Source: a virus
IMG/VR virus record: IMGVR_UViG_3300045988_069429
Strand: one strand, 5' to 3'
Length of the DNA: 55,794 nucleotides
The position numbers were made by a program, and so were the translations under genes. Positions 32,640-40,837 of this stretch are shown here, one piece after another. The notes below the pieces were generated by a model that saw only the letters and a program-made list of their open reading frames with translations, was not told the origin of the DNA and did not search any database. Within the stretch, counting starts at the first letter, position 1; every line of letters starts with the position of its first letter.

Positions 32640-32686
32640 CCAAAATAAAATAAGTTGCACCTATACAAAAAATGTATCAATGCAAC
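32640..32686 (-). terminator. Intrinsic terminator or attenuator hairpin immediately upstream of the cas5-like RBS
   Basis: Minus strand: GUUGCAUUGAUACA-UUUUUU-GUAUAGGUGCAAC (12 of 13 positions paired), then UUAUUUUAUUUU, then GGAGG. Confidence 0.6.
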
Positions 32687-32761
32687 TTTCCACTATGGTT
32701 CTATTAAGGTAAAATGATATAATAGTTATCTATTGTTTACATCTATTAAATAATAGCATTT

Positions 32762-32911
32762 TTAAGCATTACTGTCAATACAACATTTTTCTGTATAAAT
32801 CAATGCTTTGCTTGCATACTGGCATTGACTAAGCTCATATATCAATAGCTCCTTAGTCATAGTCGGATTAGTCTTTTGAATTATCTTTAACAGCTCATCA
32901 ATACTTATCAT
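32762..32911 (-). CDS. Small hypothetical protein (49 aa)
   Basis: ATGA overlap with the upstream stop. Hand translation: MISIDELLKIIQKTNPTMTKELLIYELSQCQYASKALIYTEKCCIDSNA. Confidence 0.45.
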   Translation of the reverse strand: MISIDELLKIIQKTNPTMTKELLIYELSQCQYASKALIYTEKCCIDSNA

Positions 32912-33228
32912 CCCACTCTCCTAACTGCTCCAAGCACCATATCAACAATGTCAAACACTTCATCTCCGTATGTTGCTACAAAATCACAGAGTACTTCTTC
33001 CTGTTCGATAGGCAAATACACATCATAAGACATACAGATTGCGTGGCACACTTCGTGTATCAGCACTTTGCGTTCCATAAATCCACGCAAGGCGTTTGAC
33101 AGATAAATTGTATGTGTATTTCTATCAGTTACACCTAAGCTGATTGTGCCGTCTGACCGCTTCAATTCACTTGAATTTGAATTTTTATATTGCACTTGCC
33201 ACATTGTGCCATTAATATTAAAAATCAT
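32908..33228 (-). CDS. Small HExxH metallopeptidase-like protein (paralog of 14831-15157)
   Basis: Start at ATG 33228 after AAAGGAG. The HEVCH motif sits in KVLIHEVCHAICMSY. Confidence 0.5.
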   Translation of the reverse strand: MIFNINGTMWQVQYKNSNSSELKRSDGTISLGVTDRNTHTIYLSNALRGFMERKVLIHEVCHAICMSYDVYLPIEQEEVLCDFVATYGDEVFDIVDMVLGAVRRVG

Positions 33229-33287
33229 CTGTATGCTCCTTTCTGAATAAAACAGGCTATGAATATTGCTACTCATAGCCCTTAAAT

Positions 33288-33902
33288 TTACAGCTTAGAA
33301 ACAAGTGTACTAAGTTTGGTACGCATAAGATTGCGTTCCTCTGCCGTCATATCGCCGATAAGCTGTGTAATATCGCCGCCAAGCTCCTTAATATATCCGT
33401 CAAGTGCTTTCATCTTATGTTCCTTGTCCTCTGGTGTGTTATTCTTGTGTATTTCCTTAGTTTCTGTGTAGTTTCTCTTTGCTCTGTCGTAATTACTTTC
33501 AGACATTGGCTCTGTATAATACATCTTGCCATAATCTCTATCCATATCTCTCATATGCTCTGATTCTGGGTACATGTGCATATAAGGCGGTTCTTCATAT
33601 CCTCTGCGGTATGTTCCTTTGCCTTTTGGGGCGAATCTGCCATTTGCATAGCGGTAATGGTCATAGTATCTTCTGTCCGGATAATCTTCGTACTGTTCAA
33701 GCATACGCATAATATCTTCGTTATCTTCTGACTTTTCCATAGCTTCAACAATTCTGTAATCCTTGTCAAAGCAAGCTATGTTCTTAGCTATTTCTGTAAA
33801 ATCTTTTAAATCGTCAAGGTTCTGCCCCTCAAAGCTATCTAATCCGATTGCTTCAACCTTAGCCTTGACACATTCCATAATCTGTTTAGCCCATTTATGC
33901 AT
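33288..33902 (-). CDS. Tyr/Arg/Asp/Met-rich hypothetical protein
   Basis: ORF with an RBS. Low-complexity middle: DRRYYDHYRYANGRFAPKGKGTYRRGYEEPPYMHMYPESEHMRDMDRDYGKMYY. Confidence 0.5.
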   Translation of the reverse strand: MHKWAKQIMECVKAKVEAIGLDSFEGQNLDDLKDFTEIAKNIACFDKDYRIVEAMEKSEDNEDIMRMLEQYEDYPDRRYYDHYRYANGRFAPKGKGTYRRGYEEPPYMHMYPESEHMRDMDRDYGKMYYTEPMSESNYDRAKRNYTETKEIHKNNTPEDKEHKMKALDGYIKELGGDITQLIGDMTAEERNLMRTKLSTLVSKL

Positions 33903-33906
33903 AATA

Positions 33907-34326
33907 TCAAGCCTCCCTTACTGCAATCAAATTACTGTTCTGTACTTCAATAGCCTGTGTAGATGTATTTTGCACCGCTACTGTACTGCAGCAGCCACAA
34001 GGTACATCAACATATGCTTGTGCTGATACGTTAAATAAATTTTCAACTGCGGCTGGCGTTACAACCATTCGTGTTGACTGCAAAGGCTCTCCATCTACTG
34101 CAATGGCAAGTGATATAGCTCCAACTGTACCGCCTGTCGGTATCTGAATATTGCCGGAATACGATACCAAAAACCTAGCCTTGCACTGATTTGTGATACC
34201 TCTTAACTTGATAATTCCACTTCCCTGTCTGTGAACTATACATTTGCTACCGCATACCGGTGTTTCTGTAAATGCAACATCTTCTCCGGCGGCAACTGTT
34301 TGTAACGCAATTCCTGTTATCTCCAT
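33907..34326 (-). CDS. BclA-C-terminal/C1q-like jelly-roll protein
   Basis: 139-aa all-beta pattern (...GIIKLRGITNQCKARFLVSYSGNIQIPTGGTVGAISLAIAVDGEPL...STVAVQNTS..IEVQNSNLIAV) resembling exosporium BclA-CTD-type domains. Recognised by pattern only. Confidence 0.4.
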   Translation of the reverse strand: MEITGIALQTVAAGEDVAFTETPVCGSKCIVHRQGSGIIKLRGITNQCKARFLVSYSGNIQIPTGGTVGAISLAIAVDGEPLQSTRMVVTPAAVENLFNVSAQAYVDVPCGCCSTVAVQNTSTQAIEVQNSNLIAVREA

Positions 34327-34499
34327 TATTTTTACCTCTCTTTCATAAAAATAAGGGCAAACATTATAGCCTGCCCTTTGATTATAAGTAATACTGCTTA
34401 GCAGACATAATCTCGACTAACTCTCGACTAAACTTGGACTAAGCCTCGACTAAAAATGGTTTTTAATCGGTTTAGATTGAGTTAACTCAATTAAGATAC

Positions 34500-35345
34500 T
34501 CAATTATTCTGTTGTAAATATTCAGGTATATCCTTTCTTGGAAGTTGGTGTTTTCCTGTTGTTTTTTTACCGAAAAGGCATTCTTCTACTGTCCACCCGG
34601 CATTATATCTATACCTTAAAGCTTCTCTGCTTATGCCAAGCTCTTTTGACCATTGAGAAAGAGTCTTTTTTACCCCGTTATAAACTATAAAAACAGAAGT
34701 CCTCTTGTTTGACTGTTGCTCGCTCATGGGTATCCAAGTACAATTAGACGGCTCATAATTTCCGTTTACATCTATTCTTTCAAGTGTAAGGTCCTCTGAA
34801 TATCCATTTGCGTATGCCCACTCCCTAAAATTCCAAAAAGTAAGCCATTCATCACACATTTTTATTCCTCTGCCACCATAATCTTTATAATTCGGAGAAT
34901 TAGAATTGTAACATCTTGTTTTTACAGAACTCCACTTTTTATAAAGCTTTCCTGTTGATTCCCCATGACAAGGCCTTACCTTTTTAGCATAATAACTTCT
35001 AAGGCACCCACAAGATGTGCTCGTCCCCCTCTCGAGGTTGTATTGGTAGCAAACAACTTCTTTCCCACAGTCACATTTGCAAAGCCATTGGTTATTGCGG
35101 TTTTTTCTTCCATACTTTTTTATAACAGTTAAATTACCAAACTTTAGACCAGTTAAATCTTTTGCTTTGTGTATGCATCCGCAACTTTTGGTATGTCCAT
35201 TTCTAAGGCTTTTACCATTCACGATTGCATAGTTTCCACAATCGCATCTACACTTCCATAAGTGATACCCTTTTTCGTTTTTTCCTGAATACTCTTCAAC
35301 TATAAGTTTACCAAATCTTTTTCCAATTAAATTTTCAACAGCCAT
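34500..35345 (-). CDS. DNA-binding or homing-endonuclease-like protein with a duplicated Cys motif
   Basis: Two copies of G-(K/L)-(R/K)FG-(K/N)L-x-V...W-(K/L)C-(R/K)CDCG...SCGC. The C-terminal GVKKTLSQWSKELGISREALRYRYNAGWTVEECL is HTH-like. Confidence 0.4.
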   Translation of the reverse strand: MAVENLIGKRFGKLIVEEYSGKNEKGYHLWKCRCDCGNYAIVNGKSLRNGHTKSCGCIHKAKDLTGLKFGNLTVIKKYGRKNRNNQWLCKCDCGKEVVCYQYNLERGTSTSCGCLRSYYAKKVRPCHGESTGKLYKKWSSVKTRCYNSNSPNYKDYGGRGIKMCDEWLTFWNFREWAYANGYSEDLTLERIDVNGNYEPSNCTWIPMSEQQSNKRTSVFIVYNGVKKTLSQWSKELGISREALRYRYNAGWTVEECLFGKKTTGKHQLPRKDIPEYLQQNN

Positions 35346-35429
35346 GTGCCTAACCTCCGATATTTATATAATTATTATATCATAAATTAGGCACATTAGC
35401 AATTCTAAACTTAATGTTGATAAAAAGTT

Positions 35430-36197
35430 TTAGCAATTACAGCCGGTATTGCAACCACAGCCATAGTACGCATTTGGATTAGGTACTGTGTATGCCGGGA
35501 TTGGTGCTGGGTTTACAGCATTGATAATCTGATTTGTCTGTGTGCTCATTGCAGCAGTCAGAAGTGCGTTCTGTCTATCCTGTGAAGCTGCTCTGCGTAA
35601 ATCGTTGTTCTCTGCTGTAAGTGTTGCTATCTTATCCTGACATAAGTAGTCTAATATGCTTCTAAAGCCTGCCTGCTGGCTGTCAATAATATCTCTTGTA
35701 TTATTGTTCATTGTGTTCTGTAAAGCACAAGTGTTAGTTGCTAAATTGTAATTAACTCCCTGAATAGCTTCTCTTGTCTCACAGCAACAGTTAGCAAGCT
35801 GTGCCTGTAATGCGTTTGTATTCTGCATATTAGCAACTGTATCAGCGTTAATAGCCTGCTGTATGCCGTAGCCTGTCTGCATAATATTTGTGTTAATACA
35901 ATTAAAGCCTGTGAGCATACTGTTGTTCATAGCATAGAAGCCGTCACAAAGTCCGTTAGAAATGCCATCTAACTTGCTGATAACCGCTGAATTATCAAAT
36001 CCTCTCTGTATTTCTGCTCCTACTCCGTTGTTTCCACCGCCTCCGAAACCGCCAAAGCCATTGCCCCAGCCTCCAAAAGCAATAAATAATACAAATACAA
36101 CTATCCACCATGCACCGCCGTCACCGAAAAAGCCGTTTCCGTTGTTTCCGTCGACATTCGCTACAAGTGGTACGCTTGCACAATTTGAATTAAACAT
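35430..36197 (-). CDS. Gly-rich membrane protein with a Gln/Asn-rich core and Cys-rich C-terminus (YjcZ-like N-terminus)
   Basis: GNNGNGFFGDGGAWWIVVFVLFIAFGGWGNGFGGFGGGGNNG ... ANCCCETRE ... YYGCGCNTGCNC. Confidence 0.5.
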   Translation of the reverse strand: MFNSNCASVPLVANVDGNNGNGFFGDGGAWWIVVFVLFIAFGGWGNGFGGFGGGGNNGVGAEIQRGFDNSAVISKLDGISNGLCDGFYAMNNSMLTGFNCINTNIMQTGYGIQQAINADTVANMQNTNALQAQLANCCCETREAIQGVNYNLATNTCALQNTMNNNTRDIIDSQQAGFRSILDYLCQDKIATLTAENNDLRRAASQDRQNALLTAAMSTQTNQIINAVNPAPIPAYTVPNPNAYYGCGCNTGCNC

Positions 36198-36265
36198 AAT
36201 TTTTACCTCCTAAATTTTATATATACTTAATCTTGCAAGAATTAGTATCAAAGTTAATTAAAATG

Positions 36266-36274
36266 TGTTATAAT
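36266..36274 (+). promoter_or_regulatory. Extended -10 promoter (TGTTATAAT) for the HNH gene
   Basis: tgt-tataat at 36266-36274, followed by a 51-nt branched hairpin (gtacgga...tccgtac, 36281-36331). Confidence 0.45.
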
Positions 36275-36376
36275 ATACTAGTACGGATAGGGTAGCTCCC
36301 AATAAGCTGTTTGTCCTAACAGTTTCCGTACATTACCGATAGGACGTTTCACGCTGAAAGGACAGGTGTTATTTTT

Positions 36377-37099
36377 ATGCAAGAAATTTGGAAAGATGTC
36401 CCAAACTTTGAGGGCATTTATCAAGTAAGCAATCTTGGTAATGTAAAATCTTTGTCAAGATGTATCATCCATCGTGGCAATGTTTCCCATATCAAAGAAA
36501 AAATTATGAAACCCTTTATAAACCGTGGTGGATACAAATGTATCAAGTTATCAAAAAATCAAAAGTACTATCCGTTTAAAGTCCATAGGCTTGTAGCTTT
36601 AGCTTTTATCCCCAATCCTAATAATTATGAATGTGTAAACCACAAAGACGAAAATAAACAAAACAACATAGTTTCAAATCTTGAGTGGTGCACCAAAAAG
36701 TATAATAATGAATACGGTTCAAAAGCCTTATGGAAACGAAAAGTTTATAAATACAACCTTAATGGAGTATTTCTTGATTCGTACGAAAGCGTTGTTGAAG
36801 CCTCAAAAGCAAACAAAATACCAGTCAGTTCAATCCGAAGTGCTTGTGATGGTAATAGTATAACAACTCATGGCTTAATATTTGTTTTTGATAAGAATGA
36901 CATTTCAAACAGACTTGAACAGTTAAGGAAATCTAGTCCTATCGGTGTAGCAGTTTACGATTCAAATAAAAAATTAATCGAAAAGTTCGACTGTATTTCC
37001 GATGCATGTTTAAAATACAATGTATCAAAAACATCTATTCATAGGTGTTGTAAGCACCAGTTCAAAAAGTGCAAAGGTTACATTTGGGAATATTGCTAG
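36377..37099 (+). CDS. HNH homing endonuclease (NUMOD4 plus HNH_3, with C-terminal DNA-binding repeats)
   Basis: WKDVPNFEGIYQVSNLGNVKS (NUMOD4), VHRLVALAFIPNPNNYECVNHKDENKQNNIVSNLEW (HNH). It is the only plus-strand gene in a minus-strand block. Confidence 0.8.
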   Translation: MQEIWKDVPNFEGIYQVSNLGNVKSLSRCIIHRGNVSHIKEKIMKPFINRGGYKCIKLSKNQKYYPFKVHRLVALAFIPNPNNYECVNHKDENKQNNIVSNLEWCTKKYNNEYGSKALWKRKVYKYNLNGVFLDSYESVVEASKANKIPVSSIRSACDGNSITTHGLIFVFDKNDISNRLEQLRKSSPIGVAVYDSNKKLIEKFDCISDACLKYNVSKTSIHRCCKHQFKKCKGYIWEYC

Positions 37100-37103
37100 T
37101 TCG

Positions 37104-37337
37104 CTACTTAGGGAATCGATTTTTAAAGTCGGTAAATGCTCTATCAAAGTCAATTCCCTTTTCTTTTGCTATGTTCCTTCCGATTTCCTTAATTCCTTGC
37201 ACATCGCCTTTTTGTGCCATATTGAACATATTTTTAGCAAGTGGATTATTGGCTATTCTTGGATTGTTCATCATCTGTTGAGCTAACTGTTGTGGGTTAC
37301 TACCTATCATCTGCTGAAAAATGTTAATTGGGTTCAT
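37104..37337 (-). CDS. Hypothetical small protein
   Basis: ORF whose start overlaps the upstream stop. Confidence 0.5.
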   Translation of the reverse strand: MNPINIFQQMIGSNPQQLAQQMMNNPRIANNPLAKNMFNMAQKGDVQGIKEIGRNIAKEKGIDFDRAFTDFKNRFPK

Positions 37338-37858
37338 TCTTCATCACCGCCCTTACTTTGAGTTCTTGAAGTTTTTCTTTGTGTTCCTAAAGATTTGTCA
37401 AATCTATCTTCTAACTGTCCTATTTTCTCTGATAACTCTTCAAACTTATTTAAGAATAGCTGTGTGCTTTCGTCTGATAGGGTAAATTTAGCGTTTTCTG
37501 CATTAGCCATAGAATTTACTGTCTGATTATCTTTAGGGTCTGTATAAGGCTTATATACAATCGTTCTAATTGTTCCGTCAGCGTTCCAACCCTTAACATA
37601 AATCTCCGACATATCCTGTTTCGGGAAAAATGCCATTGAGCCGTCCATAGGGACCTCGTTAGCGTTTATATTTTCAACCGCTTGCACAACTCTGCCGTTA
37701 ATACCTATTATCTGCTGTGGAATAGTTTGCTGAACTTGTGATTGCTGTATCTGCTCCTGCGGCTGAAATCTCTGTATATTTGCCATAGGGTTGTATTGAT
37801 ATGCTCCATATTGAGGTACATAATTACTCATAATCGGTTGCTGATAAGGATTGTTCAT
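37334..37858 (-). CDS. Gln/Pro-rich hypothetical protein
   Basis: ORF with an RBS. Q/P/Y-rich N-terminus, followed by a globular domain. Confidence 0.5.
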   Translation of the reverse strand: MNNPYQQPIMSNYVPQYGAYQYNPMANIQRFQPQEQIQQSQVQQTIPQQIIGINGRVVQAVENINANEVPMDGSMAFFPKQDMSEIYVKGWNADGTIRTIVYKPYTDPKDNQTVNSMANAENAKFTLSDESTQLFLNKFEELSEKIGQLEDRFDKSLGTQRKTSRTQSKGGDEE

Positions 37859-38092
37859 TGTCTGCCTCCTCTAAAACTTCCTCGATTGCGTGGATAACAA
37901 GAGATAATGTCACTAAGTCAAGTTTCTGTAATTCTTCTTTGCTTAAGATTTTTTCTCTAACTTCATCAGAAAACATTTGCACTACCTCTCTTTCTAGTTA
38001 CATTTTTGCATAAAAAAAATCACTTATAGCGACACATAATAGACATATGTGCGACATATAAGCGACAATGCTGAAATTATATAATTGTAAAA

Positions 38093-38108
38093 CGCGATAA
38101 ATGCGGCA
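38093..38108. repeat. 16-nt inverted repeat, left copy (3' flank of the integrase gene)
   Basis: cgcgataaatgcggca. Its reverse complement matches 39544-39559 at 15 of 16 positions. Confidence 0.85.
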
Positions 38109-38111
38109 TTA

Positions 38112-38138
38112 GCACTTCCTATATGCTATAGGAACTGC
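38112..38138. repeat. Palindrome just downstream of the integrase stop (attP core or operator candidate)
   Basis: gcacTTCCTATA-tgc-TATAGGAActgc: perfect 8-bp arms, 11 of 12 when extended. Confidence 0.6.
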
Positions 38139-38150
38139 ATTAAGTTTGTG

Positions 38151-39512
38151 CTAAAAATTCTTAAGCTGTATTTCAATATTTCCATTGACAATTACTATCT
38201 TGTCAATTATAGTCTTTAGTATCAAGTTCTTTTGTTTCTTGTCGACCTTATCCCAAATGTCGGCAAGTTTTTTTATGTTCTCATAAACAAATTCCTTTTT
38301 CTGCGTATTGATTGCGTTTTTGCTTTCAGCAGTAATGTTTAATTTCATTTCTTTAATCTGTGCTTCCAGTTCTTTAATCATTTCTAAGACAGTATCGTTT
38401 CCGTCAGCATACAGATTGTATAATCTTTTTAGTTTAATCTGCTCTTTTTCAAGCTGTGATTGCATAATTTCAAGTTTTGTCGCCTTTTCTTTTGGCTTGT
38501 AAGATGATAAATCAAGTGATATTTTAAGGATTTCTTCTTCTACTTGCTTTTCTATCTCGTCCGCCCATTCAAGTGAATTATTACAGCTTGCATTATAATT
38601 GGGCAGATATGAAAGTGATTTATTTCTTGAACAGCAATAAATCTTGTGCTTTTCACTACCCCATTTTTGATAACGCATTTTGCAGCCGCAAATGCCACAA
38701 TAACATAATCCGGTCAGTAAATTAGGTTCGGTTATGCAGTAAGTTTTTGCTGAACACCTTGACTTTCTTAGTTCTAATCCAAGATTAAACCTATCTTTAT
38801 CAAAAACAGGTTCGTGTTTTCCTTGATATATTTTGCCTTTGTAAGGTATCATTCCGATATTTACAACGCCGGTCAAAATGCTTCTAGTAACAAGTTCAGA
38901 CTTAAAGCCACAAATTTCTTTAATTTTCGCATCTGAATAGCCAGATATGAACAATTCAAGACCTTTTCTTGCCTGTTCTGCACGTTCCGGGATAGGTATT
39001 AATATGCCTTGCTCCTTACTGTAGGAATAACAATACGGCAAATTGCCACCACCCATCCAGTAACCCTGCTTAATTCTTTCAAGCATACCGCCACGCATAC
39101 GCAACATCATAGTATTTTTATCAAGCTGCGCAAAAACAGCCATCATCTGTGTGTATGCCTGCTCCATCGGACTGTCATAATTCACACTATCGTGTACACA
39201 TTTAAACACAACATTATATTTTTGAAATACTTTTTCGATAAGATATATTCCATCAATCATATTTCTTGATAATCGGTCAAGTTTAAAGGCTACAACACAG
39301 CCTACTCTCTTACGGCTGCAATCATTTACAAGCCTTTGAAGTTCTGGTCTATCCATATTAGTACCGGTATAACCATCATCAATGTACCAATCCGTTATCA
39401 CAAGCTCATTTTTTCTGCAATAGTTTTCAATATCCCTTTTCTGGCTATCAAGTCCATTGCCCTCAACAGCCTGTTTTTCAGTAGATACTCTCATATAAGC
39501 AACACATTCCAT
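38151..39512 (-). CDS. Large serine recombinase (integrase)
   Basis: Start at ATG 39512 after AGGAGA. VAYMRVSTEKQ carries the catalytic Ser motif, followed by resolvase and recombinase domains, a Cys cluster (CYCGICGCKM...YCCS) and a C-terminal coiled coil. Confidence 0.85.
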   Translation of the reverse strand: MECVAYMRVSTEKQAVEGNGLDSQKRDIENYCRKNELVITDWYIDDGYTGTNMDRPELQRLVNDCSRKRVGCVVAFKLDRLSRNMIDGIYLIEKVFQKYNVVFKCVHDSVNYDSPMEQAYTQMMAVFAQLDKNTMMLRMRGGMLERIKQGYWMGGGNLPYCYSYSKEQGILIPIPERAEQARKGLELFISGYSDAKIKEICGFKSELVTRSILTGVVNIGMIPYKGKIYQGKHEPVFDKDRFNLGLELRKSRCSAKTYCITEPNLLTGLCYCGICGCKMRYQKWGSEKHKIYCCSRNKSLSYLPNYNASCNNSLEWADEIEKQVEEEILKISLDLSSYKPKEKATKLEIMQSQLEKEQIKLKRLYNLYADGNDTVLEMIKELEAQIKEMKLNITAESKNAINTQKKEFVYENIKKLADIWDKVDKKQKNLILKTIIDKIVIVNGNIEIQLKNF

Positions 39513-39543
39513 ATATTTTATCTCCTTATAATATAAATAAATG

Positions 39544-39559
39544 TGCCGCATTTATCACG
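39544..39559. repeat. 16-nt inverted repeat, right copy (5' UTR of the integrase gene)
   Basis: tgccgcatttatcacg. It also forms a local hairpin ataaatg-tgccg-catttat. Confidence 0.85.
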
Positions 39560-39570
39560 TTCTACGGCAC

Positions 39571-39598
39571 ATTGTAACACATATTTACTTGTTGTCAA
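39571..39598 (-). promoter_or_regulatory. Integrase promoter TTGACA-16 nt-(TGT)TACAAT
   Basis: The reverse complement of 39593-39598 is TTGACA and of 39571-39576 is TACAAT, preceded by TGT. Confidence 0.6.
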
Positions 39599-39678
39599 TT
39601 ATCTCTGCAATTATCTTTAGCAAGCTGTCTGAAAGAGTTATGTTTTCTGTTTTTACGTCTTCACCATTTTGAGTAACT

Positions 39679-39891
39679 CTAATCATTTATAACCTCCAAC
39701 TTACTTATTTTCTTTTTAATTTTGTTTATCTTGCGATTGACTGTTCTATCACACACGGACAGCCGCATAGCAATTTCTGTAATGCTTCTGCCCTGTGATA
39801 GCAACTTGAATATTCTCAATTCTTCTTCTGTAAAATTGGCATTTTTAATTATCTCATCAAGTTCCGGCTTAGTCAGTTCTGAAAACTTCAT
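39679..39891 (-). CDS. Sigma-70 region 4 or LuxR-type HTH protein
   Basis: ELRIFKLLSQGRSITEIAMRLSVCDRTVNRKINKIKKKI. Confidence 0.65.
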   Translation of the reverse strand: MKFSELTKPELDEIIKNANFTEEELRIFKLLSQGRSITEIAMRLSVCDRTVNRKINKIKKKISKLEVIND

Positions 39892-39903
39892 AAGCCTATC
39901 TCC

Positions 39904-40182
39904 TTATTTAAACTTAATATGTTCTATTCCTGTTTCTTCGTATAACTGATTAACAAGCTCTTCCGCTGTGAATAATCCGTCATTATAGTTATCTATAAGC
40001 ACTTTGAGTTCTCTCTGTACTTTTGTTAATCTCTGTTGTCCGAAACCGAATTTATCGTGTAGCACCCATAAAATTAATATTAATGCTGATTCAAAATTTT
40101 TCTTCTGGTGTTCATTGCTAATTCTGTTCATCTGAACACGCAACATTTGTTCCTTAAACTTTTTCTGTTCTGCCTTGCTCAT
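39904..40182 (-). CDS. Hypothetical protein
   Basis: ORF with an RBS. Confidence 0.5.
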   Translation of the reverse strand: MSKAEQKKFKEQMLRVQMNRISNEHQKKNFESALILILWVLHDKFGFGQQRLTKVQRELKVLIDNYNDGLFTAEELVNQLYEETGIEHIKFK

Positions 40183-40186
40183 ATTT

Positions 40187-40831
40187 TCACTTCTTTCTTA
40201 GAAACTGATTGTCATATCGCCAGTAGTGCTTGCTATTATCATTCTTAAGGCTTTTACCCCTTTCATAGTCTGTCTGCCAGCATTTCTGACACAATTGCCC
40301 TTGTGGTCTGTCAATAGGTTCTCCGCAACGATAGCACAAGTGATTTTCTTTGCGATATTCTTTTATATTTTGCCTATTTTCAGTTCTTTTTCTGTGGATA
40401 GCATTGTCTTTACTCTGACATACAAAACACTTTGCTTTGCCCTTAACAGCTTTAGTCTTACCACATCTAACACATATGCCAGCTTTTCTACGTTCAGCGT
40501 ATAAGTTTTTTGAATATTGTTTAAATGCTTCATTGTTTTTTCTTCGCTTATCATCACTTAATGGGTGATTAGCTCTATATTCAGCTTTGTTAGCCAAACA
40601 TTCCGGACATATCTTTTCATCACCCACAAGTTTATTTTTGCGACATTCCGGGCAAATTTTAAACTGCCTGCAAAGTTCTCTAGTTTCTCTACTGTAAGCC
40701 GTTTGCTTCTCCCTACATTCTTCACAATAAAAGCCTTTTCTATCAAGTGGCTTGCCACATTTAGGGCACAATCCATTCTCTCGGCGGTAATTATATAATT
40801 TCTTCTGCGGACTAATTGGCGTTGTCTCCAT
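40187..40831 (-). CDS. Protein made of four tandem zinc-ribbon modules
   Basis: CPKCGKP..YCEECREK; CPECRKN..ICPECLANK; CVRCGKT..KCFVCQSK; CYRCGEP..LCQKCWQ. Confidence 0.55.
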   Translation of the reverse strand: METTPISPQKKLYNYRRENGLCPKCGKPLDRKGFYCEECREKQTAYSRETRELCRQFKICPECRKNKLVGDEKICPECLANKAEYRANHPLSDDKRRKNNEAFKQYSKNLYAERRKAGICVRCGKTKAVKGKAKCFVCQSKDNAIHRKRTENRQNIKEYRKENHLCYRCGEPIDRPQGQLCQKCWQTDYERGKSLKNDNSKHYWRYDNQFLRKK

Positions 40832-40837
40832 TGAAAA

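Noticed and set aside
33479-34026. ORFs 33479-33712 (+), 33551-33769 (-) and 33763-34026 (+)
   Set aside because: They are nested in or antisense to 33288-33902 and 33907-34326, and lack start signals.
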